Shown in pieces: positions 19,965-30,824 of a stretch of 45,883 nucleotides of DNA. The DNA is from an uncultured Acidimicrobium sp. (lineage in GTDB: Bacteria > Actinomycetota > Acidimicrobiia > Acidimicrobiales > Ilumatobacteraceae). Where the stretch lies: positions 27,079 to 72,961 of the forward strand of contig CAZNBF010000002.1 of assembly GCA_964571325.1 (NCBI GenBank), in the 5' to 3' direction. A program made the position numbers and the translations under genes. The notes under the pieces were generated by a model that saw nothing but the letters and a program-made list of their open reading frames with translations, did no database searches and was not told where the DNA came from. How positions within the stretch are numbered: the first letter of the stretch is position 1; every line of letters starts with the position of its first letter.

Positions 19965-21040
19965 AAGTTCGAGAAGGCGCTCTTGTGCTGTCGGACGGAT
20001 CAATCTTCGAAGGCGAATTGATTGGCGCCGAGAGTGCAACGGTCTCCAGCGGCGAAGTGGTCTTTCATACTGCTCTGACTGGATATCAAGAAGTCATTTC
20101 CGATCCCTCGTACGCAGGGCAAATCGTCACATTCACTACGCCTCACATTGGCAACTACGGAACCGTTGCCGCGGATGATGAAAGCCGTGCAGTGTTTGCT
20201 CGTGGAGTTATCGTCCGTGAAATGGCGCGACGCAGAAGTAATTGGCGAAGCACCGAAGACTTGGATGCGTACTTGAAGCGTTTGAATGTAAGCGGTATTT
20301 CTGGTGTCGATACACGTCGGCTCACACGAATCCTTCGTGATGCGGGTGCAATGAGCGGTGCATTCGGTAGTTCGAGCGCAGAAGTTTTGCTCGATGCGGC
20401 CCGAGCCGAGCCCGGTACGAGTGGTGTTGATTTGGTGTCTCAAGTGACGACTGCTCGGCCGTATGTTGTTGGCAGTGGCCACCACAAAGTTGTTGCCTTT
20501 GATTTTGGAATTAAAGCGACAATTCTTCGTTGCCTCAGTGAAATTGCAACAGTGACAGTTGTTCCGGCGTCAACCTCGTTTGATGAGATTGTCTCCCTGG
20601 CGCCGGACGGGGTGTTTCTTTCTAATGGCCCTGGCGATCCAGAGGCCGTAACTGGCGCACCACAAGTGATCTCTGCGCTTGTTAACAACGGAACACCCGT
20701 ATTCGGTATCTGTTTGGGTCACCAATTGCTGACACTTGCTCTGGGGGGTAAGACCTTCAAACTTCCTTTCGGCCATCATGGCGCAAATCATCCGGTTCGT
20801 AATCTCTCTACTGGCGCCGTCGAGATCACTAGTCAAAATCACAACTTCTGTGTCGACCCGCTTTCTCTTTCAGGTATTGCACAAGTAACGCACACCAATC
20901 TGAACGACAACACAAACGAAGGCATGCGAGTGATCGGAGCCAAAGCTTTCAGCGTGCAATATCACCCAGAGGCCGGGCCGGGGCCGCACGACAGCAGATA
21001 CCTTTTCGCCGAATTCAAAACAATGATGGAGCAGAAGTAA
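19961..21040 (+). CDS. carA: Carbamoyl-phosphate synthase small (glutaminase) subunit
   Basis: 359 aa with the GATase triad context GICLGHQ. ATGA overlap with pyrC. Confidence 0.95.
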   Translation: MKVREGALVLSDGSIFEGELIGAESATVSSGEVVFHTALTGYQEVISDPSYAGQIVTFTTPHIGNYGTVAADDESRAVFARGVIVREMARRRSNWRSTEDLDAYLKRLNVSGISGVDTRRLTRILRDAGAMSGAFGSSSAEVLLDAARAEPGTSGVDLVSQVTTARPYVVGSGHHKVVAFDFGIKATILRCLSEIATVTVVPASTSFDEIVSLAPDGVFLSNGPGDPEAVTGAPQVISALVNNGTPVFGICLGHQLLTLALGGKTFKLPFGHHGANHPVRNLSTGAVEITSQNHNFCVDPLSLSGIAQVTHTNLNDNTNEGMRVIGAKAFSVQYHPEAGPGPHDSRYLFAEFKTMMEQK

Positions 21041-24000
21041 TGCCTCGTCGTAGTGATCTAAAAACGATTCTGATTATCGGCTCCGGACCGATCGTCATTG
21101 GTCAAGCATGCGAATTCGATTATTCCGGAACTCAAGCGTGTCGAGTTTTGCGCGAGGAGGGTTACCGAGTCATCTTGGCCAACTCGAACCCTGCCACCAT
21201 CATGACTGACCCGGACTTTGCCGACAGAACATATATCGAGCCACTCACCGTTGAAGTCCTGAACGCGATCATCGATCGCGAAAAACCTGACGCTGTTCTG
21301 CCAACGCTTGGAGGGCAAACTGCGCTCAATCTCGCGATGGAGTTATTCGCGATTGGAAAAGTTGGCGTGCCTGGAACACCAGAATTGATCGGCGCGAATG
21401 CCGAGGCAATCGCAACGGCCGAGGATCGTGAAAAATTTAAGCTAGCAATGATTGAGATTGGTCTCAAGGTTCCTCGCAGCGGCGTTGCACATAACATGCA
21501 AGAAGCAGAGAAGGTTTGTCTCGAGATTGGCCTACCGATCATCATTCGACCCGCCTATATTTTGGGTGGTCGTGGCACCGGAATTGCCCACACTCCAGAA
21601 GAGTTCACGCGACTTGCAGCTAATGGCATTGCCGCCAGTCCCATCGGAGAAATTCTCATCGAAGAATCAATTGCGGGCTGGAAAGAATACGAGTTGGAAG
21701 TAATGCGCGATAAGGCCGACAACTGCGTCATCATCTGCTCGATTGAGAACGTGGATCCTATGGGCGTCCACACCGGCGATTCAATCACCGTTGCCCCTGC
21801 GATGACGCTTTCGGATGTTGAGTATCAATTGATGCGTGACGCTGCCTTCGCGTGCATTCGAAGGGTGGGTGTTGAAACTGGCGGATCCAATGTCCAGTTT
21901 GCGGTCAACCCCAAGAACGGTGATCAAGTTGTGATCGAGATGAACCCGAGAGTTTCTCGGTCGTCAGCATTGGCGTCGAAAGCAACCGGCTTTCCAATTG
22001 CCAAGATTGCCGCAAAACTCGCCGTCGGGTACACGCTGGACGAAATCTCTAACGACATCACCAAGATGACTCCCGCAAGTTTCGAACCAACGATCGACTA
22101 TGTCGTGACCAAGGTTCCCCGTTGGGCATTCGAGAAGTTTCCCGGAACTTCTGGTGTGTTGGGTACGCAGATGCAGAGTGTTGGCGAAGCCATGTCGATT
22201 GGTCGCACATTTCCCGAAAGCCTTCAGAAGGCACTTCGATCGCTCGAGAATGGCCACATGGGGCTCAACTGCGATCCGTCAGAGACTGCTTATGACGGAA
22301 TGACTGACGACGCGATGTTGAAGATGATTGCGATTCCTACGCCGGAGAGGTTGTTCCAAGTGGGCGAGTGTCTCCACCGTGGAATTTCTTTGGATCTTGT
22401 TTATGAGTCGTGCAAGATCGATCATTGGTTCCTCGATCAGATGATGAGCATCATTGAAGAGCGGTCCCATCTGTCTGCATTGACAACAGCAACAATGACG
22501 GTTCGCGACTGGAGGCGTGCGAAGCGTCTTGGTTTTGCCGACGCCCAATTGGCGTACCTATGGTCTACAACAGAGGACGAAGTAAGGGCAGCCCGTATCA
22601 AGGCTGGAGTTATACCTACCTATAAGGCAGTGGATACTTGCAGCGCGGAGTTTGCCGCCGAGACTCCCTACCACTACTCGACATACGAAGATGAAAACGA
22701 GGTCCGTGCTTCAAGCAGGCCTCGTGTCATCATCTTGGGTAGCGGGCCAAACCGTATTGGTCAGGGAATCGAGTTTGACTATTGCTGCGTGCATGCGAGT
22801 TTTGCGCTTCGCGAGGCCGGATATGAAACAGTCATGGTCAATTGCAATCCAGAGACAGTATCGACCGATTACGACACGTCTGATCGCCTGTACTTTGAGC
22901 CCCTCACCCGAGAAGATGTGATGAATGTAATCGAGGCTGAAAGTCGCGCGTCCAAAATTCCCCCACGCGTTATCGTCAGCCTTGGCGGACAAACACCATT
23001 GAAGCTTGCCAATCTGATTCCTTCAGAGTTGATTGCAGGAACTCATCCATCATCAATTGATTTAGCCGAAGACCGTGAAAAATGGAGCGCATTGTGTAAC
23101 TCGTTAGGCATTGCTCAGCCTCCAGGTGGAACCGCTTTGACTTATGAAGAGGCGCTTGTTGTGGCCAAGCAAGTGGGTTACCCAGTATTGGTTCGCCCAA
23201 GTTATGTACTCGGTGGCCGTGCAATGCAGATCGTGCATGATGACGATCATTTGCGACGGGCAATGCAAGAGATTGCCGCTGCCGGAAGTCTCGGGAAAGA
23301 AGGCGGCTTGTCATTCGAGCGTCCTGTATTGATTGACAGATTTCTTGATGACGCGACCGAGATAGACGTTGATGCGATACGAGATTCGGTTGGGGAGGTG
23401 CTCATTGGAGGAGTGATGGAGCACGTTGAAGAAGCTGGCGTTCACTCCGGCGATTCGGCCTGTGCGATTCCGCCTCCAACACTCGAACCATGGGTGATCG
23501 AGGCCGTCGAGTCGTACACGCGTGTAATCGCTCAGGCTCTCGGGGTTATTGGCCTCATCAACGTGCAGTTTGCCGTTGCAGGCAATTCGGTGTACGTGAT
23601 TGAAGCCAATCCTCGCGCAAGTCGTACAGTCCCGTTTGTCGCGAAGGCAACTGGTGTCTCGTTGGCAAAGGTCGCGAGTCGTGTGATGCTCGGCGCAAGC
23701 TTGAGCCAACTTCGCGAAGAAGGTGTATTGCGCGCGCCGGTGAACAACGGTCACGTTTCGGTGAAGGAAGCAGTTCTGCCATTTAACCGCTTTCCGGAAG
23801 TCGACACGGCCCTCGGGCCCGAGATGCGAAGCACTGGCGAAGTTATGGGTATCGATTCAACATTCGGTCGGGCCTTCATCAAGGCTGAAACTGCGGCGGG
23901 TACACGGTTACCTCTAACCGGAATGGTTTTTCTCTCGCTGAACGACAAGGACAAGCCAAGTGGTTTGGTCGTGGCCAAACGCCTACGTCAATTGAATCTC

Positions 24001-24336
24001 GGCATTGTTGCTACATCGGGAACAGCGCAGTATCTAGAGCGTTTCGGATACCCAGTAGACCGCGTCGTCGGAAAGGTTTCGGAACAGAGCGATTCGTCTG
24101 CGTTGGGTGATGATGCAGTCGATCTCATTTCGCGTGGCGAGATTGCATTCGTGATAAATACGCCTAGGGGTCGCGGTGCGCACTCTGATGGTGAAGCAAT
24201 TCGAAAAGCAGCCAACATTTGGCATGTTTCATCGGTCACAACAATTAATGCTGCGTTGGCTGCGGTTCAAGGTTTGGCCGAACAACAGGAGCATCCATTA
24301 GAAGTTCGATCGCTTCAGGAGTACCACCAACGGTGA
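21040..24336 (+). CDS. carB: Carbamoyl-phosphate synthase large subunit
   Basis: 1098 aa with duplicated ATP-grasp halves and an MGS-like C-terminal domain. TAATG junction with carA. Confidence 0.97.
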   Translation: MPRRSDLKTILIIGSGPIVIGQACEFDYSGTQACRVLREEGYRVILANSNPATIMTDPDFADRTYIEPLTVEVLNAIIDREKPDAVLPTLGGQTALNLAMELFAIGKVGVPGTPELIGANAEAIATAEDREKFKLAMIEIGLKVPRSGVAHNMQEAEKVCLEIGLPIIIRPAYILGGRGTGIAHTPEEFTRLAANGIAASPIGEILIEESIAGWKEYELEVMRDKADNCVIICSIENVDPMGVHTGDSITVAPAMTLSDVEYQLMRDAAFACIRRVGVETGGSNVQFAVNPKNGDQVVIEMNPRVSRSSALASKATGFPIAKIAAKLAVGYTLDEISNDITKMTPASFEPTIDYVVTKVPRWAFEKFPGTSGVLGTQMQSVGEAMSIGRTFPESLQKALRSLENGHMGLNCDPSETAYDGMTDDAMLKMIAIPTPERLFQVGECLHRGISLDLVYESCKIDHWFLDQMMSIIEERSHLSALTTATMTVRDWRRAKRLGFADAQLAYLWSTTEDEVRAARIKAGVIPTYKAVDTCSAEFAAETPYHYSTYEDENEVRASSRPRVIILGSGPNRIGQGIEFDYCCVHASFALREAGYETVMVNCNPETVSTDYDTSDRLYFEPLTREDVMNVIEAESRASKIPPRVIVSLGGQTPLKLANLIPSELIAGTHPSSIDLAEDREKWSALCNSLGIAQPPGGTALTYEEALVVAKQVGYPVLVRPSYVLGGRAMQIVHDDDHLRRAMQEIAAAGSLGKEGGLSFERPVLIDRFLDDATEIDVDAIRDSVGEVLIGGVMEHVEEAGVHSGDSACAIPPPTLEPWVIEAVESYTRVIAQALGVIGLINVQFAVAGNSVYVIEANPRASRTVPFVAKATGVSLAKVASRVMLGASLSQLREEGVLRAPVNNGHVSVKEAVLPFNRFPEVDTALGPEMRSTGEVMGIDSTFGRAFIKAETAAGTRLPLTGMVFLSLNDKDKPSGLVVAKRLRQLNLGIVATSGTAQYLERFGYPVDRVVGKVSEQSDSSALGDDAVDLISRGEIAFVINTPRGRGAHSDGEAIRKAANIWHVSSVTTINAALAAVQGLAEQQEHPLEVRSLQEYHQR

Positions 24337-25307
24337 GAAAGCAAAATCACTTCGATCACTCGGTGCGAGTAGACGATGTGGTATTCAAGTCACCGGTGTT
24401 GTTGGCATCAGGAACGGCTGGACATGCCGACGAACTTGAACCATATTTTCCTCTGAGCAACATCGGGGCAATCGTCGTCAAATCGATGTCCTCCTTCGAG
24501 TGGGCCGGCAACAAGGCGCCCCGACTGCGTCCAACCAACGCTGGCATGCTTAATGCGGTTGGTCTGCAGGGGAGGGGGGTCGCCCATTGGATCGAGCATG
24601 ATTTGCCTCGCTTAAAAAAAGTGAATGCAACGATTGTTGCAAGTATTTGGGGATTCAGTATCGACGACTACCGCTCTGCGGCCTCGTTGTTGTCGGAGGT
24701 ATCAACAGATCTTGCTGCAATAGAAATCAATCTTTCATGCCCGAACATTGGTTCAAGCAGCAAGGCTGAAAATACCCGTCACGGCATCTTCGCGCACGAT
24801 GAAAACCTTTCTGCCGAGATTGTCAAAGTGTGTGCAGATGCCAAAGTGCCCCTGTGGGCGAAGCTCAGCCCCAATACCGATCGTGTTGTCGATGTCGCTG
24901 CGGCAGTCTCGGATGCGGGTTGCCAAGCGGTGACGTTGATCAATACTGCTTTGGGCCTAGCTATTGATGTGGAAACAGGATTGCCTGCTCTTGGCAACGG
25001 AGGCGGGGGGCTTTCCGGAAGTGGCATACATCCAATAGCGGTTCGGACGATTTTCGATGTCCGCTCTCGATTGCCTCGACTGCCGATCATCGGAGTGGGA
25101 GGAATTTCTAATGGCAAGGATGCAATCGAAATGTTGATGGCTGGGGCATCATGCATCCAAGTGGGCACTGCCACGTTTGCAGATCCGCGTGCTGCGATGC
25201 GGATCGATCGTGAAATGCGTCTATGGGCGCGAAAAAATGGCGTCAGTAATTGGTCCGAAGTTGTCAACGCCGCCCACAAAGGCGGACTGGCAACGAAACA
25301 ACGATAA
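24333..25307 (+). CDS. pyrD: Dihydroorotate dehydrogenase, class 1 type (catalytic Cys in LSCPN)
   Basis: 324 aa. Contains [22 protein letters not shown] and INLSCPN (a class 1 hallmark). There is no N-terminal membrane anchor. GTGA overlap with carB. Confidence 0.88.
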   Translation: MRKQNHFDHSVRVDDVVFKSPVLLASGTAGHADELEPYFPLSNIGAIVVKSMSSFEWAGNKAPRLRPTNAGMLNAVGLQGRGVAHWIEHDLPRLKKVNATIVASIWGFSIDDYRSAASLLSEVSTDLAAIEINLSCPNIGSSSKAENTRHGIFAHDENLSAEIVKVCADAKVPLWAKLSPNTDRVVDVAAAVSDAGCQAVTLINTALGLAIDVETGLPALGNGGGGLSGSGIHPIAVRTIFDVRSRLPRLPIIGVGGISNGKDAIEMLMAGASCIQVGTATFADPRAAMRIDREMRLWARKNGVSNWSEVVNAAHKGGLATKQR

Positions 25308-25310
25308 ACT
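25305..25310 (+). promoter_or_regulatory. -10-like hexamer TAAACT exactly 6 nt upstream of the mihF ATG; its first 3 nt are the pyrD stop codon
   Basis: The hexamer matches TANNNT. The 9-nt pyrD-mihF gap has no properly spaced SD. Confidence 0.35.
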
Positions 25311-25316
25311 TAGGCA

Positions 25317-25607
25317 ATGTCGACGCCTTCACTCACCGAATTGCGAGATGAAATAGCGAGGTTGTGTGACGATGTTGCTGTCGGTCGGCTGACACTGCAA
25401 ACAGTTTTCACTGAAGCCGAAGACGATGATGCTCCGTTGGCTAATAACTACGTGTACGTGGTGAAGCTCATAGAACGAATTCCCAACGTTGGAAAAGTCA
25501 AGGCCCGCAGAATTCTTTCCGAACTAGACATTTCCGAGCGCTGTCACGTTGGAGATCTCACCCCAGTGCAGCGTTCCACCATTGTCGATCAAGTTGCTCG
25601 ATCATGA
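25317..25607 (+). CDS. mihF: Actinobacterial integration host factor (mIHF)
   Basis: 96 aa. The N-terminus MSTPSLTE and the helix-hairpin-helix region IPNVGKVKARRILSELDI resemble mycobacterial mIHF. It sits upstream of gmk-rpoZ, as in actinobacteria. Confidence 0.8.
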   Translation: MSTPSLTELRDEIARLCDDVAVGRLTLQTVFTEAEDDDAPLANNYVYVVKLIERIPNVGKVKARRILSELDISERCHVGDLTPVQRSTIVDQVARS

Positions 25608-26155
25608 GTTCTTTGATCATCGTTGTTTCGGGTCCGGGTGGCGTTGGTAAGAGCACCATTGTCGAAGCTCTTGTTCAGCGCGACGAACGTTTGTGGCTCA
25701 GTCGATCCTGGACCACTCGTGAACGAAGGCCCGGAGAGGCTGAAGATGCTTACGTGTTTGTGACCCGTGATCAATTTCAGAAACGGATAGAAGACAACGG
25801 TTTTCTCGAATGGACAGAGTTCATAGGCAATATGTATGGAACCCCAAACCCCGAAGCCCCATCGGGTCGAGACATCGTTCTTGAAATTGAAGTTGATGGA
25901 GCTAGTCAAGTAAAGAAAATGCATCCTGATGCAATGCTGTTATTCGTTCTTCCCCCAACGCGAGAAGAGCAACGTGCACGTTTGCAGGGCAGGGGAGATG
26001 TTGAGCAAAAAGTGGAGCAACGGTTGCGAAAGGCCGAAGACGAGGAACCCATTGGCAAGGCCCTAGCGGACTTCGTTCTTATCAATGACGACTTGAACGC
26101 GACTATCGACGAGATGCTCGAACTCATCAATGCTGCGCGAGCCCAACGCGCCTAA
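25604..26155 (+). CDS. gmk: Guanylate kinase
   Basis: 183 aa with P-loop GPGGVGKST and the TTRERRPGE motif. ATGA overlap with mihF. Confidence 0.93.
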   Translation: MSSLIIVVSGPGGVGKSTIVEALVQRDERLWLSRSWTTRERRPGEAEDAYVFVTRDQFQKRIEDNGFLEWTEFIGNMYGTPNPEAPSGRDIVLEIEVDGASQVKKMHPDAMLLFVLPPTREEQRARLQGRGDVEQKVEQRLRKAEDEEPIGKALADFVLINDDLNATIDEMLELINAARAQRA

Positions 26156-26245
26156 ATCTCTCGTTTTTGCACCCGAATCTCGCGCTAGAGTGGTCTGCCT
26201 TGGAGTTTGCCTCCGCCAAATTTTACGTAGTGAAAGGAACCCAAC

Positions 26246-26611
26246 GTGGCCACTGAAGACACCATGATGAACCCACCGCTCGAGAGCCTGATGAAGCGCA
26301 CCTTGTCAAAGTTCAGTCTCGTTACCCTGTCCGCTCGCCGTGCTCGTGAGATCAACTCGTATTTCAACCAGTTGGGTGAAGGCCTCGGAACAATGGTCCC
26401 GCCGCAGGTCAGTTCCACCTCGCGCAAGCCGCTTTCAATCAGTTTCGAAGAAATTGCTGCCGACAAAATCCTCAGCGTTCCGATGAGGGAATACGAGGAG
26501 CCAGAGGCTGATGCAGACGCCGCCCTCCTTGAGGTCGCTGCCGATGCAGTGGTGGAGTCATTTGAGGCCGCCGATTTGCCAACGGGCGAGGTTGTTGCCG
26601 ACGCCGAGTAA
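26246..26611 (+). CDS. rpoZ: DNA-directed RNA polymerase subunit omega
   Basis: The N-terminal region LESLMKRTLSKFSLVTLSARRAREIN is typical of RpoZ. The C-terminal tail is acidic. GTG start 7 nt after AAAGGA. Confidence 0.88.
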   Translation: MATEDTMMNPPLESLMKRTLSKFSLVTLSARRAREINSYFNQLGEGLGTMVPPQVSSTSRKPLSISFEEIAADKILSVPMREYEEPEADADAALLEVAADAVVESFEAADLPTGEVVADAE

Positions 26612-26659
26612 CACTTTCTACTAGTGTCTGATCGTCGTATCAGCACTAGAGGAGTACTC

Positions 26660-27853
26660 GTGAGAAACTTTACCTTCACTTCGGAGAGCGTTACCGAAGG
26701 GCACCCAGACAAGATGGCCGATCAGGTTTCGGATGCCGTCCTGGACGCAATCTTGGCAGAAGACCCACAAGGTCGTGTCGCATGCGAAACACTTCTCACC
26801 ACTGGTTTGTGTGTTGTTGCCGGTGAGATCACTACATCCGCTTATGTCGATATTCCAAAGCTGGCTCGTGAGGTAATCAAAGACATTGGTTACGACAACG
26901 CCCTGTACGGCTTTGACGGTAATACCTGTGGCGTCATCGTCTCTATCGACGAACAGAGTTCACACATTGCGCAAGGTGTCGACAAGAGCGAGGAAGTCCG
27001 CGCAGGTAAGAGTGGCGAGGACAAGCTCAACAGCCAAGGCGCTGGCGACCAAGGAATGATGTTTGGTTACGCGTGTGACGAGACGGCAGAGTTGATGCCA
27101 TTGCCGATTTGGCTTGCTCACCGCATGGCCGAAAAGCTCGCAGAAGTTCGTAAGTCGGGTGCAGTTCCTTACTTGCGTCCTGACGGTAAAACTCAGGTTA
27201 CGTTTGAGTACGAAAATGGGAAACCGGTTCGGCTTTCCACTGTGCTTATCTCCACGCAACACGCCGATGGACAACCTCGCGACACAGTGATTCGCCCGGA
27301 TTTGATCGAGCAAGTGATTCGTCCCGTTATTCCCGCCCAGTTTGCAAATGACAATTACGCAGTTCACGTCAACCCGACGGGTGATTTCGTAAAGGGCGGA
27401 CCGCACGCCGATACCGGCCTAACCGGTCGCAAGATCATTGTTGATACATACGGTGGCATGGGCCGACACGGCGGTGGCGCATTCAGCGGCAAAGACCCAT
27501 CCAAGGTAGATCGTTCCGCCGCTTATGCGGCCAGATGGGTTGCTAAACATGTGGTTGCATCAGGTGCCGCATCACGATGCGAGGTTCAAGTTGCGTACGC
27601 AATTGGTATGGCTCAGCCCATCAGCATTTTGGTCGAAACATTCGGAACAAACACAGTTGACGAAATCGAAATCGAGCAAGCAGTTCGAACGGTATTCGAC
27701 TTGCGTCCAGCTGCGATCGTGCGCGACCTCGACTTGAAGCGCCCGATTTATCGCAAAACGGCGGCATACGGCCACTTCGGTCGCGAGCATGCAGATTTCA
27801 CATGGGAGACGTTGTCTCGCCTCAAGGAATTTAAGGCCGCAGTCAAACTCTGA
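26660..27853 (+). CDS. metK: S-adenosylmethionine synthase
   Basis: The GTG at 26660 follows GAGGAG with 6-nt spacing and gives (M)[17 protein letters not shown], the canonical MetK N-terminus. [12 protein letters not shown] is present. The tracked ORF start at 26624 is probably too early. Confidence 0.95.
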   Translation: MRNFTFTSESVTEGHPDKMADQVSDAVLDAILAEDPQGRVACETLLTTGLCVVAGEITTSAYVDIPKLAREVIKDIGYDNALYGFDGNTCGVIVSIDEQSSHIAQGVDKSEEVRAGKSGEDKLNSQGAGDQGMMFGYACDETAELMPLPIWLAHRMAEKLAEVRKSGAVPYLRPDGKTQVTFEYENGKPVRLSTVLISTQHADGQPRDTVIRPDLIEQVIRPVIPAQFANDNYAVHVNPTGDFVKGGPHADTGLTGRKIIVDTYGGMGRHGGGAFSGKDPSKVDRSAAYAARWVAKHVVASGAASRCEVQVAYAIGMAQPISILVETFGTNTVDEIEIEQAVRTVFDLRPAAIVRDLDLKRPIYRKTAAYGHFGREHADFTWETLSRLKEFKAAVKL

Positions 27854-29622
27854 CAACTATTGCACGTATTGTTCCCGATGTCACTGGCATCGACAAAGTG
27901 TTCGACTATGTCGTACCCGAGGACATGGTTGCCAAGTTGGCGGTCGGCGATCGCGTCCGCATAGTTCTTCACGGTCGGTCAGTATCTGGTTGGGTCGTTT
28001 CCGTAGGCCGATCGGAAGATGGATTCTCCGACCTCGATGTGACTCGTTTGTTGTCGATTGTAAAAATTCAAGGTCGGGGTCCTGATGCGGATCTCATTCA
28101 ACTAATTGCGGATGTTCGATCGCGCTGGCAAGGTCGTCTTCGTTCGCTTTATGTGAGTGCTACTCCAACAAATCTGGTTGAGACATTTCCCTCCAGCCGA
28201 AATGCAAAAGACCGAACGATCTTTGCAGCTGGTGCGGATGTCTCGGTCGCCGATTGCGTCAAATCCGGTCTTAACGCACTAGTACGACGTGGACCCACAG
28301 TCTCTCCACTCGCCTCGGTTCTTGGCGCAGCAGTAAACGGCCCAACGCTCGTCGTCATACCGACGGTTTCCCGTGCAAGGTTGTTGGCGGCCGCACTCAA
28401 GCGGCAAGGCCTATCCGTCGCCCTCCTTCCCGATGAGTGGGCAAATGCTGCAGGTGGTGTCGACGTAGTCATCGGAGCAAGGAGCGCCGTCTTTGCAAGG
28501 GTGCCCAACCTGTGCGCGATTGTTGTCATCGACGAACATGACGATTCGCTTCAGGAGGAGCGCACACCAACGTGGCACGCTCGAGATGTGGCGATAATGC
28601 GTGCGAAACAACAACAGATTTCATGTGTGTTGTGTTCTCCCATTCCAAGCGTGACGGCCGCCCAATGGGCTATTGGTCAACAGGTAATTTCAGATGAGCA
28701 ACGCGCGGTAACCGAATGGCCAACAATGCAAATCGTCGACCGTTCAGTGGACGATGACTGGCCAAACTCGCTCGTATCGAGTGCCCTTGTGGCTGAAATA
28801 AGAGATCATTCACGGAGAGTCGCCCTCATCTACAACACGAAAGGACGAGCAAAACTTGTTGCTTGTGCAGCTTGTAAGAGCCTTGCTCGTTGCTCAACGT
28901 GTAACGGTGCGATGAACATCACTTCGGACTCGCTGTTCGAGTGTGGACGATGCAAAGAATCTCGACCACAAGTATGTCTTTCTTGTGGGTCGGGCAAGTT
29001 CGCGGTGCTGAAGCCGGGGATTTCACGTTTACGCGAGGAAATTGCGCTCGCTGCAGGCCGAAAGATTGATGACGTCGTCGAGATCTCGAGTCAGTCAAAG
29101 GATGCCGTCGATACATCAAAAATGTTATTCATCGGCACCGAGTCTCTTATCCATCGACTAAAAGACGTGGATACGGTCGTCTTCCTCGATATCGATCAGG
29201 AACTTTCGGCTCCTCGTTACAGGGCTTCCGAAATTGCGTCCACATTGCTTATCGGTGCTGCCCGTCTGGTTTCGCGCAGCAGCAGCGAGGGCAGAGTATT
29301 GGTGCAAACGTTTAATGCCCAACACCCCTTGCTGAAAGCAGTATCCGACAAAAAGATTGATTCGTACATCGCGTCCGAGACTGCGTCTCGCCGAGCTATG
29401 CACATGCCTCCATTCAGTAGCCTCGCGCAAGTCTCGGGTGTTGCGGCACCAGAAGTTGTTGCCTCGATCCAGAATCAAATGGGCATTACCGTAAGCGCCG
29501 ACGATCACGGTTCGTACCTCATCCGATCGGACACCTGGCAGCATCTTTCTAGTGCGTTAGATGGAACGGGGCTTTCCAAGAGCGCGCGCTACAAGTTGGT
29601 GGTTGATCCGCCGCGCGTCTAG
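27850..29622 (+). CDS. priA: Primosomal protein N' (PriA) homologue; start codon uncertain (CTG 27850 or ATT 27859, with GTG 27898 as the only canonical option)
   Basis: The conserved N-terminus [21 protein letters not shown] begins upstream of the first canonical start. A DEHD box and a Cys-rich zinc-binding region ([15 protein letters not shown]...[17 protein letters not shown]) are present. I find no Walker A motif. Confidence 0.85.
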   Translation: MTTIARIVPDVTGIDKVFDYVVPEDMVAKLAVGDRVRIVLHGRSVSGWVVSVGRSEDGFSDLDVTRLLSIVKIQGRGPDADLIQLIADVRSRWQGRLRSLYVSATPTNLVETFPSSRNAKDRTIFAAGADVSVADCVKSGLNALVRRGPTVSPLASVLGAAVNGPTLVVIPTVSRARLLAAALKRQGLSVALLPDEWANAAGGVDVVIGARSAVFARVPNLCAIVVIDEHDDSLQEERTPTWHARDVAIMRAKQQQISCVLCSPIPSVTAAQWAIGQQVISDEQRAVTEWPTMQIVDRSVDDDWPNSLVSSALVAEIRDHSRRVALIYNTKGRAKLVACAACKSLARCSTCNGAMNITSDSLFECGRCKESRPQVCLSCGSGKFAVLKPGISRLREEIALAAGRKIDDVVEISSQSKDAVDTSKMLFIGTESLIHRLKDVDTVVFLDIDQELSAPRYRASEIASTLLIGAARLVSRSSSEGRVLVQTFNAQHPLLKAVSDKKIDSYIASETASRRAMHMPPFSSLAQVSGVAAPEVVASIQNQMGITVSADDHGSYLIRSDTWQHLSSALDGTGLSKSARYKLVVDPPRV

Positions 29623-30224
29623 TCGGGTTTCCTCGTTACCTTCAAAACTCTGAATCCACGCTTACTTGTAAGTCTGGCTACTTCAAAACCTTTGCCCATC
29701 ATCCACACCGCAAGAGAATCCGATCCCAGGTTGCGGTTGACTACGAGCCAAGCTTGACCACTTTGGCTAAGTCTGTTCAGCCAGGTATCTAGAAGATCAT
29801 GAAGCGCTTGTTTACCGATTCGAATTGGTGGATTTGACCAAATCAAATCAAATTGCAGTTCCGGCGAAACCGATTGCGGAAATAACGCGGTGATGTTCGT
29901 CAGTCTATTGCGACGTGCATTCTCCCCAACAAGTTGTAATGCTCGAGCATTGACGTCGATTGCCCAGACTTTTGCCTCCGGCGAATACGAAGCTAGTGCC
30001 AGAGCAATGGCTCCCGATCCGCAACCTAGATCCAGGAAATTGCCGGTTGTAGAAGGTCGAGGAGCTGCATCCAGCAAAATTTGCGTACCTTGATCAACAC
30101 CCTTTTTTGCGAATACTCCGCGATCGGTCGCTAGCTGTAGGTTGTGACCACCAACTACGAAACTTGTGAAGCGCTCGTCTGAGGCGGAGTTTGGGTTCGT
30201 CGTAAAGTACTGCTCGTCACTCAT
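29619..30224 (-). CDS. Class I SAM-dependent methyltransferase, RsmC/RlmG-like small-domain type
   Basis: Motif I is LDLGCGSGAIALALA and motif IV is SNPPIRIG. I chose the ATG at 30224 (MSDEQYFTTNP...). The longer ORF to 30311 would run into def. Confidence 0.75.
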   Translation of the reverse strand: MSDEQYFTTNPNSASDERFTSFVVGGHNLQLATDRGVFAKKGVDQGTQILLDAAPRPSTTGNFLDLGCGSGAIALALASYSPEAKVWAIDVNARALQLVGENARRNRLTNITALFPQSVSPELQFDLIWSNPPIRIGKQALHDLLDTWLNRLSQSGQAWLVVNRNLGSDSLAVWMMGKGFEVARLTSKRGFRVLKVTRKPD

Positions 30225-30246
30225 AGCCTCGCTAGCCTTACACGCA

Positions 30247-30822
30247 ATGAGCAACAAAGGAACGACCCCTCCAGATTCTGGTTTAGGCGTAGGCGTGCCA
30301 GATGCTTCCACGATCCGTGTTTACGGCGATCCTGTCTTGAAGACTTTGGCTGCCTCCATTACCAACATCGATGGGAAGCTGGTGTCGTTGGCTGAAAACA
30401 TGCTGCACATCATGTACGAGGCGCCCGGACTTGGACTTGCTGGCCCACAAATCGGAGTCCAGAAACAGATTTTTGTTTACGACGTTGATGACGACCCGCA
30501 AGTGATTTTGAATCCCACCATCGTTGAGTCTTCCGGTGAATGGGTGTACGACGAAGGCTGCCTGTCAATCCCTGGACTTTTTGTTGAAATGCTGCGCCCC
30601 AAAGAAGTGCTTGTTCGCGGGCTTACTCTGGAGGGTGATGAAATTGAAGTTGAAGCAGATGAACTTCTTGCTCGACTTTTCCAGCACGAGATAGATCACC
30701 TTCAGGGTGTGTTGATGTTCGACAGGATGTTGCCTGATCAGCGCAAGATTGCGCTGAATGAATACCAAAAACACGAGAAGAGCGCCAAAAGTAGTGAGCC
30801 CGTACACGTTCGCTTAACGTAG
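30247..30822 (+). CDS. def: Peptide deformylase
   Basis: Carries the three Def motifs GLGLAGPQIG, EGCLSIPG and QHEIDHLQG. The start is ATG 30247, with GTG 30295 as an alternative. Confidence 0.92.
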   Translation: MSNKGTTPPDSGLGVGVPDASTIRVYGDPVLKTLAASITNIDGKLVSLAENMLHIMYEAPGLGLAGPQIGVQKQIFVYDVDDDPQVILNPTIVESSGEWVYDEGCLSIPGLFVEMLRPKEVLVRGLTLEGDEIEVEADELLARLFQHEIDHLQGVLMFDRMLPDQRKIALNEYQKHEKSAKSSEPVHVRLT

Positions 30823-30824
30823 CA

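Noticed and set aside
26167-26191. A promoter-like TTGCAC ... TAGAGT pair in the gmk-rpoZ gap.
   Set aside because: The spacer between the hexamers is only 13 nt, which is incompatible with a sigma-70/SigA-type promoter.
26612-26659. A possible SAM riboswitch upstream of metK.
   Set aside because: Only 48 nt are available, and part of that is the SD. This is far too short for any known SAM riboswitch class, and no conserved core is visible.
30224-30247. A 22-nt divergent gap between the methyltransferase and def, containing a direct repeat of TAGCCT (30224-30229 and 30233-30238).
   Set aside because: The repeat is short enough to be chance, and both gene starts are uncertain (def may start at GTG 30295). 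It is noted only as a possible -10 in the TANNNT/leaderless finding.
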